DNA of 63,419 nt, filler included, from Octopus bimaculoides (Eukaryota), in the NCBI RefSeq assembly GCF_001194135.2. It is 4 parts of 3 records of this genome, joined end to end, with 100 filler letters (N's around TTAATTAATTAA, not from the genome) between each part and the next. Parts side by side here need not be neighbours in the genome. Positions count along the whole stretch, not along the records: positions 9,985 to 39,169 come from NC_069001.1; 3 more parts are not named here. One strand, 5' to 3'. Shown here one piece after another: positions 24,791 to 37,979 of the stretch. Below the pieces are notes generated by a model, which saw only the letters and a program-made list of their open reading frames with translations, was not told the DNA's origin and did not search any database. Every line of letters begins with the position of its first letter. The stretch's first letter is position 1. Position numbers and translations under genes: made by a program.

Positions 24791-26185
24791 GCACAACTAT
24801 CATTTCTAGTAGTAGTAATAGTAGTAGTAGTGGGTAGTAGTTGTAGTAGTAGTAATTATCGTAGTTGTAGTAAGGCGGCTAGCTGGCAGAATCGTTATAG
24901 CGCCGGGCGAAATGCTTAGCGGTATTTCGTCTGCCGTTACGTTCTGAGTTCAAATTCCGCCGATGACGACTTTATCTTGCATCCTTTCGAGGTCGATAAA
25001 TTAAGTACCAGCTGCGCACTGAAGTCGATTTAATTGACTTAATCCCTTTGTTTGTCCTTGCCTGTCACCTCTATGTTTAGCCCCTTGTGGGCAATAAAGA
25101 AGTAAGAATCGTTAGCAGGCTGGGCGAAATGCTTACTGGTATTTCGTCTGTCTTTACGGTCTGAGTTCTAATTCCGCCGATGACGACTTTGCCTTGCATC
25201 CTTTCGGTGTCGATAAATTAAGTACTAGTTGCGTACTTAATCGATTGGCCCCCTCCTCCAAATATTTCAGGCCTTGTGCCTAGAGTAGAAATGAATTATC
25301 GTAGTTGTAGTAGTAGAATTAGTAAAGAGACCGCAGCAACAAGGGCAAACTAGAGCAAACAGCGAATGATATGTCTGGCAAAAACTAGTTATGTCCCATA
25401 TTTTGAATTTTATCCCTCCTCACTATTCCCCGTGATTTGAGGTCGTCACAGTTTTATAATTACCTTGGCTTTGTAAACCAAGTCACAGGTCTCGTTACGA
25501 GGCAGACTGAGTTAACCTCCTTCAAAATTATAGCTTTGCGTCAATGTTCGAAAATTCGTTAGCACGCTTGGTGAAATACTCACCGGTATTTCGTCCGTCG
25601 CTACGTTCTGGGTTCAAATTCCACCGAGGTTGACTTTGCCTTTCATCCTTTTGGGGTCGATAAGATAAGTACTAGTTGAGTACTGTGTTCGATGCAATCG
25701 ATTATCTCTCTCCCCCAAATTTCAGGCCTTGTGCATAGAGAGTAGAAAGGATTATTATTGTCAGAATGGTCTACCTACGCAAATGGCAGAGGAAAATTCA
25801 CTCCCGATCTTCTTACAACATTTTACGTTTTGATTTCGAATTCCGCTTTGGTCAACTCCATTTTTTACTCCTCTGGGAGCCAACAAAATGGAGAACAGCT
25901 CGAATGCTGGAGTCGATATTATCAATTAACACTTTCACACAAATATCAGCATTATGCCTATGCTACAAACGATTACAATTGTAACTGTTGTTGTTGCTAG
26001 TGTTGCTGTATCTTTGCGCGTATTTCTTGATTAGGCATTGCGACTTTAATCTATGCATCTATTTATGATTTACATTTTTTTCTTAATTTTCAAAAGTCGT
26101 ATTAGTATTTTTATCATATTGCAGAGAAATGTTACAGAACGAGGTGTTTGTAATCATTTTTTGTCTTTGTTATTCTTTCTTTATT

Positions 26186-26241
26186 CATTCATTCATTTAT
26201 TTATTTGGTGTAACATTCATTCATTTATTTATTTGGTGTAA
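26186..26241 (+). repeat. Perfect 28-bp tandem duplication CATTCATTCATTTATTTATTTGGTGTAA x2
   Basis: Read directly. Confidence 0.9.
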
Positions 26242-28047
26242 CACTTTCATGAAAGAGAAAGTGTTTCAGAACACAACTTCTCTGGTAGCCTATAACTTTG
26301 AACACACTCGTCTTCCAAGTGTGATAAAAGACTGGGATATTTCCCCTATGAAGATCACAGAAACAGAAATACCAAGCTAACGAAATTAAAGAAATTAATC
26401 AGTCTTTAAAATAATAATAAAATCCTAGCGTTTGTCACTTAAAACAAAGCGATATCAATGATTCGGTGAATAACAACTGGAGTAATGCCGACAATAGATT
26501 TTACGCGCACACGCCCCACTTCAGTCCTTAAAATTCTTCCGAATCCAAGTCAGATTGTAGCCTTTTGCAAATATTTTCTCCAGCATTAAAAAAAGCAATT
26601 ACCGTGTAACTATTTGAAGAAGAATATAGAGCATAGAATTACAATGTTGATAAACTGGGCAATCTCCTGCCACACACAATTACACACGAACGTGAAAAGG
26701 AAAAAACGTGTTGTCCAAATCATGGTGTCTTTTTGTGTACACCACAACGAGAAATTCAATATCGGAATCATCAATACGGTGAAAGGAATTGATTTCATTG
26801 AGAGAGGTCAGAGATCTGGTACAATATGTGTCATATCAAAAACATAAGGCTGGAACACACGCTAAAGCACAGATGATGAGAGACAGGTCTGTCCATAAAT
26901 TAGTATAACCCTACACGTGTAGGAGAAAAGTTAGGAACAGCATTTTAGTCATCAGGGGAAAACGTTCGTTGAGTGCTTGCGACCACACCAGTTTGCCCAG
27001 TGCCAACGTAACTCTCGGCGACATGTTTTTGGTTGAGATGGCAAAGGACATACAGATGGTCATGCATCCGTAAGACAACAGATCATCCCCGCCAGACACA
27101 CATTTGAACTCAGATTTTTTATATTATTTATTTTTATTATTATTATTATTAAAATTGTTGTTATTGTTGTTGTTATTATTATTCGGCGACAGCCAGCCAT
27201 GAGGATCGAACTCACATCCCTCTAATATCCGGTTAGAATGCTTTACCATTTAAGCTCGGCAAGATAGCAGAACCGATAACACACCAGCAAAATCCTTATC
27301 GGCATTTCGTCTGTCTTTACCTTCTGTGTTCAAATTCCACCGTGGTCGACTTTGAATTTCATCGTTGTGCCTTCAGTAGAAACGATTATTATTATTAATA
27401 TCAAGGCGACGTGCTGGCAGAAACTTTTGCACGCCGTGCTAAATGCTGAGTGACGTTTTTTTACGTTCTGCATTCAAATTCCTCCAAGGTCAACTTTGCC
27501 TTTTATCCTTTCGGAGTTGACAAAATTCATACCAGCTGAGAAGTGAAGTCGACGAAGCCGACTTATCACTCACAGAAAATTGCTGGCATTGTGCCAACAT
27601 TTTAAGCCATTATTGTAATATATTACAGATAGAAAGACACCTACCTACTTATCTACTTACCTACCTATATAGATAGATCGATAGATAGATCGATAGATAG
27701 ATCGATAGATAGAGAGATAGATAGATGATAAGAACAGCAGTGATGGCGCTGGTGGTGATAGTTATTCAAGGGAATATTCCAGTAGATCTAAATATATAGT
27801 GGTAATGTTTACGATAATTGCCTATTAGTAAAGAATGCGACAGAGAAAGTCTAACCCGATTGCTTCCAGATACTTGTAGCTAATATGTTCTGCACTGTCG
27901 TTCATTCATAGACTCATTAACTAATCAGTTTTTAGATGAAAAATCTGTCAAGCGTGACTATTTCACTTTCGGAGATGATACCTTTCACATTATTACATTA
28001 CGGCCTTTAAGTATTTCCGATACTAATGCAATTTCTCTTATGTGTTT

Positions 28048-28106
<59 letters not shown>

Positions 28107-28286
28107 NNNNNNNNNNNNNNNNNNNNNNNNNNNNNNNNNNNNNNNNNNNNNNNNNNNNNNNNNNNNNNNNNNNNNNNNNNNNNNNNNNNNNNNNNNNNNN
28201 NNNNNNNNNNNNNNNNNNNNNNNNNNNNNNNNNNNNTATATATGTATATATATGTATGTACAAACACACACACACATGTATGTACG

Positions 28287-28321
<35 letters not shown>

Positions 28322-28785
28322 ATGCCCCATACACATATACGTATTTAGCTCTGGGGATGAGAATGTGTGTGTATATATCTATACATGTATATATATATAT
28401 ATATTCAAATAAACACACACAGTCAGAAACACACACAACACACGCACCACACACACATGCATAGAGGGGAAGAATAATATACACGTACCGTAATATATAT
28501 GGAGATTTATCATTTATCTTATAAAAAGTTGTAACGTATTTTTAGTTATAAACATTTATTTAAACTTCTCTGTGCAAGTTTACTTGTGTTGTGTTCACAT
28601 AAATGTGTCTGTATTTTAAATACTGGTGCACGTATATATATGAGTGCATGTGTGTGTATGTGCATGTATGTATGCATGCGTCTGTAAATATATGTATGTA
28701 TTAGAATGATATATACACACACATATATACACACACATATACATATATATGTAAGTATATTATATGTATCATATATATGGAAATA

Positions 28786-28854
<69 letters not shown>

Positions 28855-29119
28855 NNNNNNNNNNNNNNNNNNNNNNNNNNNNNNNNNNNNNNNTATATAT
28901 GTATACACACACACACACACACATGTATGACAAACCAGCTCTAGGAAATTCCTTCTGATCTCCGCCCAGTAACATGTACTTGCTGCAGGCGTTAATTCTA
29001 AGACTTATAATAATCGCTACGCCAACAGTTGATTAGCGAGTTGGCGAGAGCTGTTTCTAGGCGTGAATTCGGACGTGCCCATGCACATTTAAACGCATAA
29101 GCATATCCATACTCATAGG

Positions 29120-29177
<58 letters not shown>

Positions 29178-30059
29178 CGCACGCATGTATCTAGACTCAG
29201 TCACAAACACTTGGTAGACTTACTGACATACAATAATATATAAAGCGACGCGGATTCATATATGAACATGCAGGCATACGTACAGCGCATACATACATTA
29301 AAAAGCATACATGGATAGCTATACGCATAAATGTACATTGTCTTATACATATAAATGCATATATACATCAATGAATGCATGCATACATACATTGTCACAT
29401 ACATATATGTTGTATATTATCAACCAAAAAAGCGTTTGCAATTCCCATCACATGCCTTCGATAAGATCTATGTACCACAATAACGTTGAAGTCAACACCC
29501 ACGTCATATCTACGTGCTTCAAAAACTCAATGTTTTCATGTTCTCATACATATGTATGCGTAGATATTGACATGCAACACTGCCCCGTTTGATGTTGTCT
29601 AAATTCGTATGAAAGGGGATGGGTTTTTTTTTGTTTTTGTTTTTCTGGGTTTTTTTTTCTTTTTGGCTTGTATTATGGAAATTGGGGAGTAATTCATAGA
29701 AAATGAAATCAGGAAGCATAATCTCTTATATACATACACACACACAAATTTACAAATACATAAATACATGCAGACAATCACAATCACACACACTCATACT
29801 CACAGAAACACAGACATGCATATTTATATATATATACATAATAATTATTGTAACAGTAATAATACCCACTAGATTTACTATTGATAATGATAATAATAAT
29901 AATAATAATAATGATAAAGCATGAACAAACCCCCTACCTCGAAGAAAGAAAAACGATGTTAGTAGTTTTCAATGTAGCCGAAACAAAACAGAAAACGCGG
30001 CCATAATACCTGAAAACTAATGAACGAAAAGAAAAAAATACTAAAAGCTATCGAACAAC

Positions 30060-30530
30060 AAAAATTAAAGCTAAAACTGGACTGGAACCATTAATACAAC
30101 ATACTATGATAAAACGATGGCAAGAAAAGCCTTTACATAGCATATACTGGGATAAGCTAAAGGGAAATGAATTACACAAAGTAGAATCCCAACAATGACT
30201 AAGAAGCTTGGAACTCAATGCAGAAACTGAATGGTTTTGTTCAGTGACAAAAGAAGTAACCCGCCCCACCAGAAACCACATAAAACACGAAACGAGTAGC
30301 TGTAGAATATGTGGTGATGGGGAGGAAACAGTAAATCATATTGTCACTGGCTGCCCGGTCCTGGATATGAAGGAATATGATCAGAGATGAGTGACTTGAG
30401 ATCTATATCCACTGGAACATGTGCCAACAGTATGGAATGACTACAGAAGTACAAAAACAAAAAAAAACAAGAGGTTTAAGCATGTTCCAGGAAAGGTTTC
30501 AGAAAATTATAAAGCAGCCTGATATGGTAA
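30060..30530 (+). mobile_element. R4/Dong-type non-LTR retrotransposon fragment with CCHC zinc knuckle
   Basis: IKRWQEKPLHSIYWDKL...SQQ*LRSLELNAETEWF...CRICGDGEETVNHIVTGCPVLDMKEYDQR...IYIHWNMCQQYG. C-x2-C-x8-H-x4-C motif (ORF 30208-30390). Confidence 0.9.
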
Positions 30531-30744
30531 AAATTACTGACCCAAGATGCCAAGCAAGATATTGTGTATATGGTTCTTAAAACAATTAGAAATTCAAGGA
30601 TATTTTTAATATTTTGACAATACATTTGGAGGCATGTAGCTATAAAATTCTGATTAGACGTGCTGTTATGAATTCCAGCACATCAAAAATTGATATTGAG
30701 GAATATAGTCACGTAAACAAGTGTTCCAATAACTATTCCTAGAA

Positions 30745-30960
30745 GTAAGCCAGCGAGCTGGCAGAATTGGTAGAAGACCGAAAACAATGCTTAGCAGCAT
30801 TTCGTCAGTCTTTAAGTTCTGCGATCAAACACCACTGAGGTAGACTTGGCCTTCCATCTTTTCGAGTTCGATAAAATAAGTACCAGTTGCGTACTAGAGT
30901 CGATATAATCCGCTTATCCCCTCCCCGAAATTGTTGGCCTTGTGCCAAAGCTTGAAAGCA
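30745..30960 (+). mobile_element. SINE family A copy
   Basis: GCGAGCTGGCAGAATTGGTAG...ATGCTTAGCAGCATTTCGTC...TTCGAGTTCGATAAAATAAGTACCAGTTGCGTACT. Confidence 0.85.
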
Positions 30961-32587
30961 AAGATTTTTGCTAGAAATCGATAGTAATATCCGCTTAGAA
31001 TTAACTGCAGCTTTGTAATTAACTACACATCGATGTTCTCCTTTTTATTAACTTTTAACATTACCGTGTCTGATGGCATTTTACAAAAAAAAAAAAAAAA
31101 AAAAAAAAAATACCTGCAAAGGTCTTCGAGTCTGATATGAATATTTGGGCTATATTATAAGGATTAAAAAGCACTAATAATTTTTTTACTGAAGAAGTGC
31201 AGCTGAAATTGTGCTGTGTTTGATAAGCCCATGGATCGTGTACACCATCAAAAGCGATCTGTCGATCTCAGTTATGCAACTGATTTTAAGTACTGTACTT
31301 AGATCTTTTCAGTTGTTCAAGGATTCTTATCTCAGGCCTGTAAATTTTTACATTTTATAGAAGCCTTTACTGGGAATTTTTCCCTAATATTTTTTCAAAT
31401 TACAAGCGGTTTCTGCCATCCACGATACATAGAGCAAAGAAACGTTTCGGTTTGAGCAGCTGACAACACATAAAACTGACGCATAAGGAAATGTCGCCAG
31501 GCGAAATTAATTCTTTGCATGCAAGAGATTTAATGTAATACGACCGAGACGGCATATTAGCATTGAGATTCATCGAGGGAAATATATTTTTTGATTGAAC
31601 GAAAGGATATTCTTAGACAGATTCCTGAACCTGCTTCAAATGATATATTTGGCGTGGTTGAATTTTTTTTACAGATCTAATTAATAGATGTGTTAGGTTT
31701 GAAATATGGGAAATAATTAATATCGTTCGGGGTTAGAGTAACACTGAGGAAGTTCGCTAACGTACCGTGACTCTCAAATGTGATGGGGGATATCAGATAC
31801 TACGAAACATTCTGCAACAGGTCTTTGTAGAAGTTGTATTATATGTCACACCATTATTCTTCTAGATTAGGCCTCCTAAAACGCAAGAGCAGTAGATGTT
31901 AAACTGAATAAACTAACCAACAATTGATGATTGTTATGCGTGTATGAGAGTGTGAGTAATCTAAACATATTTCATTGCTAAAACAATGCCAGTTATAAAC
32001 ACATTAATCATACAGGTCATTGCTTAGTACTATTTGCTGGTATTTCAATATTTCAAGTTTAAAACCACTTATTCAAGAGATTTAAGAAGAGGAATTGATA
32101 GCTGATTTTTCTGCTTGATATTGTGTATGTGTGTGTGCGTGTGTGTGTGTGTGTGTGTGCGTGTGTGTGTGCGTGTGTGCGTGCGTGTGTGTGTATGTGT
32201 GTGTGTGTGTGTAAAATTTCTAATCGACAGAAAGGTACAAATGTGACTCCGAGGCCAAGAGTTTCGACTATGGCACGTATAAAACTGAGTTGAAATCAAG
32301 AGTTTTTGCTACAAACTGAGCCAGTATATGAATATACATGAGCCAGTAATGTTTACAGTNNNNNNNNNNNNNNNNNNNNNNNNNNNNNNNNNNNNNNNNN
32401 NNNNNNNNNNNNNNNNNNNNNNNNNNNNNNNNNNNNNNNNNNNNNNNNNNNNNNNNNNNNNNNNNNNNNNNNNNNNNNNNNNNNNNNNNNNNNNNNNNNN
32501 NNNNNNNNNNNNNNNNNNNNNNNNNNNNNNNNNNNNNNNNNNNNNNNNNNNNNNNNNNNNNNNNNNNNNNNNNNNNNNNNNNNNNNN

Positions 32588-32647
<60 letters not shown>

Positions 32648-33334
32648 ATATATGTGTGTGTGTGTGCATATATGTGTGTGTGTGTGCATATATGTGTATG
32701 TGTGTGCATATGTGTGTGTGTTTGTGTGTGTATGTGCGTGTATACATATATAAGTTTGAATGTATAAGTATAGACATATATACAACCTCTCTCTATATAT
32801 ATTATACGTTCATATATACAAACTATTGGTGTGTGTGTGTGTGTGTGTGCATAAATGTACAACTTTGATGTAGCTGTGTGAGTGCAGTTCTATTGACGAC
32901 GACGGCGAAAAGCGTCGACACTTAATTAGAATGTCTTAATTTCATGCGTTTACACAATGAGACATAACATTAATGGATATCACTAACGCCTGCAGCAGAA
33001 ATTAACACTTTTTTTGGATAAGATCCATGATTGAAGTGAATTCATATACATAGTGTTCAGGGAAGCAAATAATCACGATAATATTGATCTTCTTGTGGTA
33101 ACATCTTAACCTAAGCTTAGCTGTGATAGTATAGTAGACCTATGATCAATGACTCCCCAGCTAGGGCTGTCACGTTCTATACCTGAGATATAAGACTGCA
33201 TAGCTCAATGTATATTCTTTCGTTTTTATGACGATGGTTAATATCATAAGAGATTTCCACCTTTAGCTTCTATATCTAGGAGATGAGGTGATCAGATACA
33301 GGCGTACCGTGTGTTCAGGAAAATGCAAAATGCT

Positions 33335-33750
33335 CTTACTCTTTCCTCTCTTACTTGTTTCACTCTTTTGACTGTGGCCATGCTGGAGCACCGCCTTTAG
33401 TCTAGCAAATCGAACCCAGGACTTATTCTTTGTAAGCCTAGTACTTATTCTATCGGTCTCTTTTGATGAACCGCTAAGTTACGGGGACATAAACACACCA
33501 GCATCAGTTGTCAAGCGATTCTGGGGGGACAAACACAGACACGCAAACACATACACACATACATATATATATATATACATATATACGACAGGCTTCTTTC
33601 AGTTTCCGTCTACCAAATCCACTCACAAGGTTTTGGTCGGCCCGAGGCTATAGTAGAAGTCACTTGTCCAAGATGCCACGCAGTGGGACTGAACCTGGAC
33701 CATGTGGTTGGTAAGCGAGCTACTTACCACACAGCCACTCCTACGCCTAT
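33335..33750 (-). mobile_element. Near-complete composite SINE: tRNA/CORE head, internal (TA/TG) microsatellite, 3' body, (AAAAGAGT)-like tail
   Basis: Minus strand reads AGGAGTGGCTGTGTGGTAAGTAGCTCGCTTACCAACCACATGGTCC...GAAAGAAGCCTGTCGTATATATG...CGCTTGACAACTGATGCTGGTGTG...GGCGGTGCTCCAGCATGGCCACAGTC. The same layout occurs at 52845-53200. Confidence 0.9.
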
Positions 33751-34135
33751 ACATAATTCAAAGTAATGTAATTGACAAATGCAGCTAAAGCTCTAAGCGA
33801 CCTGCATTTAATTTTTTTTTTTTTTTTCACATTCAAAGGAATGAAAGAACAAGTTTCCTCTCTAAGGAATGAATGAAAAGTTTCCTTTAAGAATAAGAGC
33901 TTCTGGAGGAATGGGTGTTCTGTTTTGTTCGTGAAACTATAAGTAATATAGTGTATAGTTGAGCAGATAAACAGTCTGCCATAGCAAATATTTAAACTGC
34001 AGGAAAGTTCTCTTTGGCTTGAACTTATGTGTATCTACCACTTATCTATTGCACACATAAACACACTCACGATCTCTCTTTCTCTTCTTTTATATATTGT
34101 GTGTGTGAATATATGTATGTATGTATATATATATG

Positions 34136-34176
<41 letters not shown>

Positions 34177-34227
34177 GTACATAAATGCATATGTACATAT
34201 ATATATGCGTATGTGGATTCATATATG

Positions 34228-34266
<39 letters not shown>

Positions 34267-34477
34267 TTGTGTGTTTGGGCGTGTATATGTTTGTATATCT
34301 GTATGTATGTTTATGCATGTATATGTATGTATGTATGTATATGAACTGCTACAAGTAATCCTTCCAGTATATTTTACCATCATATACAAGTTAAACGTGA
34401 TACTTTAATCTCTTTCTATATAATGTTAACGCATAATATAACCGAATCGATAGACAAACACATGCACAAATACTTAC

Positions 34478-34502
34478 AGTAATCCCCCCTACAGCTGTAT
34501 CC
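34478..34502 (-). CDS. Candidate short exon (GYSCRGIT); an 81-nt version may start at 34558
   Basis: tactatattgcag|GGGATACAGCTGTAGGGGGATTACT|gtaagtatt, with a consensus donor. The alternative acceptor at 34558 gives NNILLTRRDRKVLHILYCRGYSCRGIT in the same frame. Confidence 0.28.
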
Positions 34503-35420
34503 CTGCAATATAGTATATGCAGAACCTTCCTATCCCTTCGGGTCAGCAGTATATTATTCTATACATGTGTGTTTGTTTATGTTCTTTATACATAGATTTT
34601 ATTTGATGAAACCCACAAAGTTACAGCTATATATCCACTTCTACAAAATTAATATCTCGTTTCTGTTGACGTTTGTTGGCACATATGTTGTATTTGAGCA
34701 AGTCAACAGTCATAAGCTTTCTATCTATGGTATTCCCTTTTTTTTTCTTTCTAATACAGTGTGTCTAGTATAATATTATACAATGTAACTTTCGTTTTTT
34801 TTCTTTCCTCGTTTTACATCAGTATTATATGATTTGAAAGAGATATGGTGTGACTATTTTTTTACGGGTTCAATGACAGCCTAGGGGTTCCCTCGTTGGT
34901 TCGAGAGTAATATTGTTTTCTAACAATGAAATACCGGGCTTATTGCTTCAAAACATTACCAATAGTGATTTCTTACATAGAAATCACCATCATCGTGAAT
35001 CCCTGGATATTACTGGCTTGGGTGCAAGGACTCACATGGAAGGTTACTCTGATTTCATAGCGTATAAGTGACCGACATAATAAAATATCGGCTTAACCGA
35101 GTGCAAGTCCATTTCTGGGTGACGCATTTCAGCTGAGTTTGCTTCAGAAACGTGAAATAAAGAGCTTTCATCAAGAACACTGAAAACCGTTATCATGAAC
35201 ACATCCTAAACATATGATAAAGAGGGTAACCTCAGTAACGTCCGATCCTGGTTTCGAACATAGTCTATCACGGTCTGCATTGTCCGATGAGTTCCCTAAC
35301 GTAACACTAGTCCGTCAATGGACTGCTTATGTCCAGCTGTAAATTGGAGTAACGGAAAAGTCGTTTGCTCAAGATCACATCGCTCAGCACGCTCCGGGAA
35401 TAGAAACACAATTCTTGTGA

Positions 35421-35517
<97 letters not shown>

Positions 35518-35589
35518 CAAGCACACATACATACACACGTACAAATGCTCGCACATACACACATATGTATCGAATGGATTCCACACAGT

Positions 35590-36005
35590 TTCTGTTCTTA
35601 TAACCCCAACAGTTGGGTATCTTGTCATGCTCGTGAGGTATTCGGTTGCTTAGCTTTTGCGCTGCCTGGGTGACCTCTTCAGCTGCTATAGGGATCCAGA
35701 ATTGTTCAGGTGCTGTGTTCGTTGTTTTGATAAATCTTTTCAGAGATTGTTCCTTCGCCGACCATATTTCTTTCCAAAATTCTTCCACTTCTTCTGCTGT
35801 TGGTGTTGCATTGGTCTCTATTTTATTTTTGACAAGTCGACTCGTGGTTATACGTACAAGACATTTACACATTGGTTCTGGTCAAGAACCGGCGTAGTGT
35901 CAACCGAGTTCCTTTATCACGTAGCCATGGCGATAGATTCAAATTTTGAGGTCATTCGGGTTCTATTTCTAGCATATAACATTTCCATGTAAAGTCTCCC
36001 ACTGC
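35590..36005 (-). mobile_element. R4/Dong-type retrotransposon, region just N-terminal of the RT (decayed)
   Basis: ORF 35384-35872 reads TPTAEEVEEFWKEIWS...IAAEEVTQAAQKLSNRIPHEHDKIPNCW, matching P..EE...FW..IW / I...E(V)......NWK.PG.D.I.N.W. Confidence 0.85.
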
Positions 36006-36176
36006 AAGTCGTGTATAAATATAATTTAGTGTAGTATTCATAGTGGTGATAATATGCTTACGCGTAGGTGGCGAAATGGTGGAGAAATTTGAATGGCGGG
36101 AGGAGGTAGGTATGTGAAAATTATCTCGCCTTTAAGACTAGAGGCGTTTATGGTCCTCAGCTGCCGTCTACTTTAC

Positions 36177-36211
36177 CTGAAGCTGCCTGAAAGCCATTTC
36201 ACTGACACTTG
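36177..36211 (-). CDS. Candidate 35-nt exon (xSVSEMAFRQLQ or QVSVKWLSGSF)
   Basis: gttctcgtttatcatag|CAAGTG...CTTCAG|gtaaag, with good acceptor and donor and two stop-free phases. Confidence 0.3.
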
Positions 36212-36348
36212 CTATGATAAACGAGAACATTCTTCATTATTTCAGCGAATTTCATGTGCAAAGGAACGTGTAAAAGTCGCAGGATTTTTCGTTTACAATA
36301 ATAATGATGATGATGATAGTAATAGTAATAATGATGATGATGATGGGG

Positions 36349-36386
<38 letters not shown>

Positions 36387-36494
36387 GAATCCGCTTGTAT
36401 GAGACACGCCGACATTTCTTTGAAAAAAAAGTAACGGTTTAACTTCATCCCCAAAACATTCTACCAAGAACTTAAATTTGTGGTGAAATAATAC

Positions 36495-36642
36495 AGCAGG
36501 GTTCGCCACAAAACCCTTCCGGAACCCCGTGTCGCTCTAGGTATTTTCGCTCAATAAACACTCGCTATGAGCGATCTGGGAATCGAAGCCGCGATCCTAA
36601 GACTGCGAGTCAACAGTCCTAACAACTAGGCCATTGCACCAC

Positions 36643-36645
<3 letters not shown>
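36495..36645 (-). mobile_element. SINE family D head
   Basis: Minus strand GGTGCAATGGCCTAGTTGTTAGGACTGTTGACTCGCAGTC...GATCGCGGCTTCGATTCCCAGATCGC...GAGTGTTTATTGAGCGAAAATACCTA, a tRNA-like A/B box. Confidence 0.82.
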
Positions 36646-36675
<30 letters not shown>

Positions 36676-36772
36676 GTACATATATATATACGTATGTGTG
36701 TGTGTGTGTGCGTATGTATGTATGTATGTATGAGTGTATCTATATATATATGTATATATATATATATATATA

Positions 36773-36960
36773 CGAGGTGGGGGGTGTAAGTTTCCTGGAT
36801 TAAAGTGTGTCGCGAAGGCCCGTTTGGAGGTCCGACGTTCCGACTTTTTTTACAGGGCATAGAAAAACTGAAGGACACCGCTGCAATAAGTGTGTGAATC
36901 TGAATGGGTAATAAGTTAAATAAAAGCATTATTAACTGATCTTCCTGTACTTTCTTTTAT
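36773..36960 (+). mobile_element. Short internally deleted mariner remnant
   Basis: Starts TA|CGAGG (mariner-type TIR start) and contains [21 protein letters not shown], resembling the mariner C-terminal GI.KL..RW.KC...NG.Y. Confidence 0.55.
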
Positions 36961-37937
36961 TTTTCAACATCACCTCGAAGACAGGCAGATAGATAGATAA
37001 ATAGATAGACAGGTAGAGAATTAAAAAGATATAGAAAGTGAGAAAGAGAATGGATTGAAAGGCAAAAGTAGATATGGCTAAGTAGAGACAGAGATAGTGA
37101 GAGATAGTCTTATATGTTGTGTTTATTGTATAAATCTGTTTGTGCGTGTCATACATTTTACGTTAAGTTGAAATATTTTAAAACATAAATATATTTATAT
37201 ACAAACTTAACAATAGCTACGTGTATATATTTTTCTCCTATTGTATGCGTTTCCGTTTGCCTGTTTCTCTCCCTACCTACGTCACGGACTATCAATGTGT
37301 GTGTCTCTCTATACATTCTGTCATTTATCCTTAATGCAAAACTACAAGGACTTCTATATACAACAATGCAACATTCATGCACAGGAATATTTTGGATAAT
37401 GCAGCTGTTTATGTATTCATCTATTTTCGCTGTCAGCAATGAAATGATGTGTAAACGCTGCAATGTGAAATGATTAGAATGCATAAATCGCATCAGAAAC
37501 GAAGTCAGCATGTTGTTGCATTATAATGACATAGCTTAAAATCTAAAAATCATTGAGAGCCATGCCATATCTAAAATATTGATATCGGAACTAGCACTAA
37601 AACGCTTCCGCTTTTCTATTTATTTATTTATTTTTCTATTTATTTGTATGGTTGTTGTTATAAATTTTGCTTTTGCAATCGCATGGTTTCGTGTTCAGTC
37701 CCACTACGGGGTACTTAAGGACAGATATGTCTTCTACTAAATCACCGGGCGGGCAGAATAACGACTTCTGTGCGAATTTGTATGCGGAAATGCTTGTAGT
37801 TTGTTTATGTTCCCGTTCCTTTTTTGTCCACGTTTTTTGACGTCCTGTACCCGGATATGCCTCTATATATACATGTAGATATATGTAGGTACGTATATGT
37901 ATGTATACATGCATATGCTCATAAATGATTTGTATCA

Positions 37938-37979
<42 letters not shown>

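Larger units (their letters stand above)
21490..27610 (+). mobile_element. Cluster of about 10 family A SINEs, nearly all on + (about 21490, 22615, 23000, 23255, 24870, 25100, 25555, 25775, 27240, 27400) plus one on - (24050-24265)
   Basis: Recurrent GCTGGCAGAATCGTTAG..CGCCGGGCGAAATGCTTAGCGGTATTTCG..TTACGTTCTGAGTTCAAATTCCGCCGAGGTCGACTTTGCCTTTCATCCTTTCGGGGTCGATAAATTAAGTACCAG. Copies are often separated only by (ATT)/(AGT)/(GTT) tails. Confidence 0.9.

Noticed and set aside
31187-31212. CTGAAGAAGTGCAGCTGAAATT hammerhead-like string; also CTGACGA at about 38590 and 45378
   Set aside because: They lack stem III/UH, a usable stem II, or the GAAA box.
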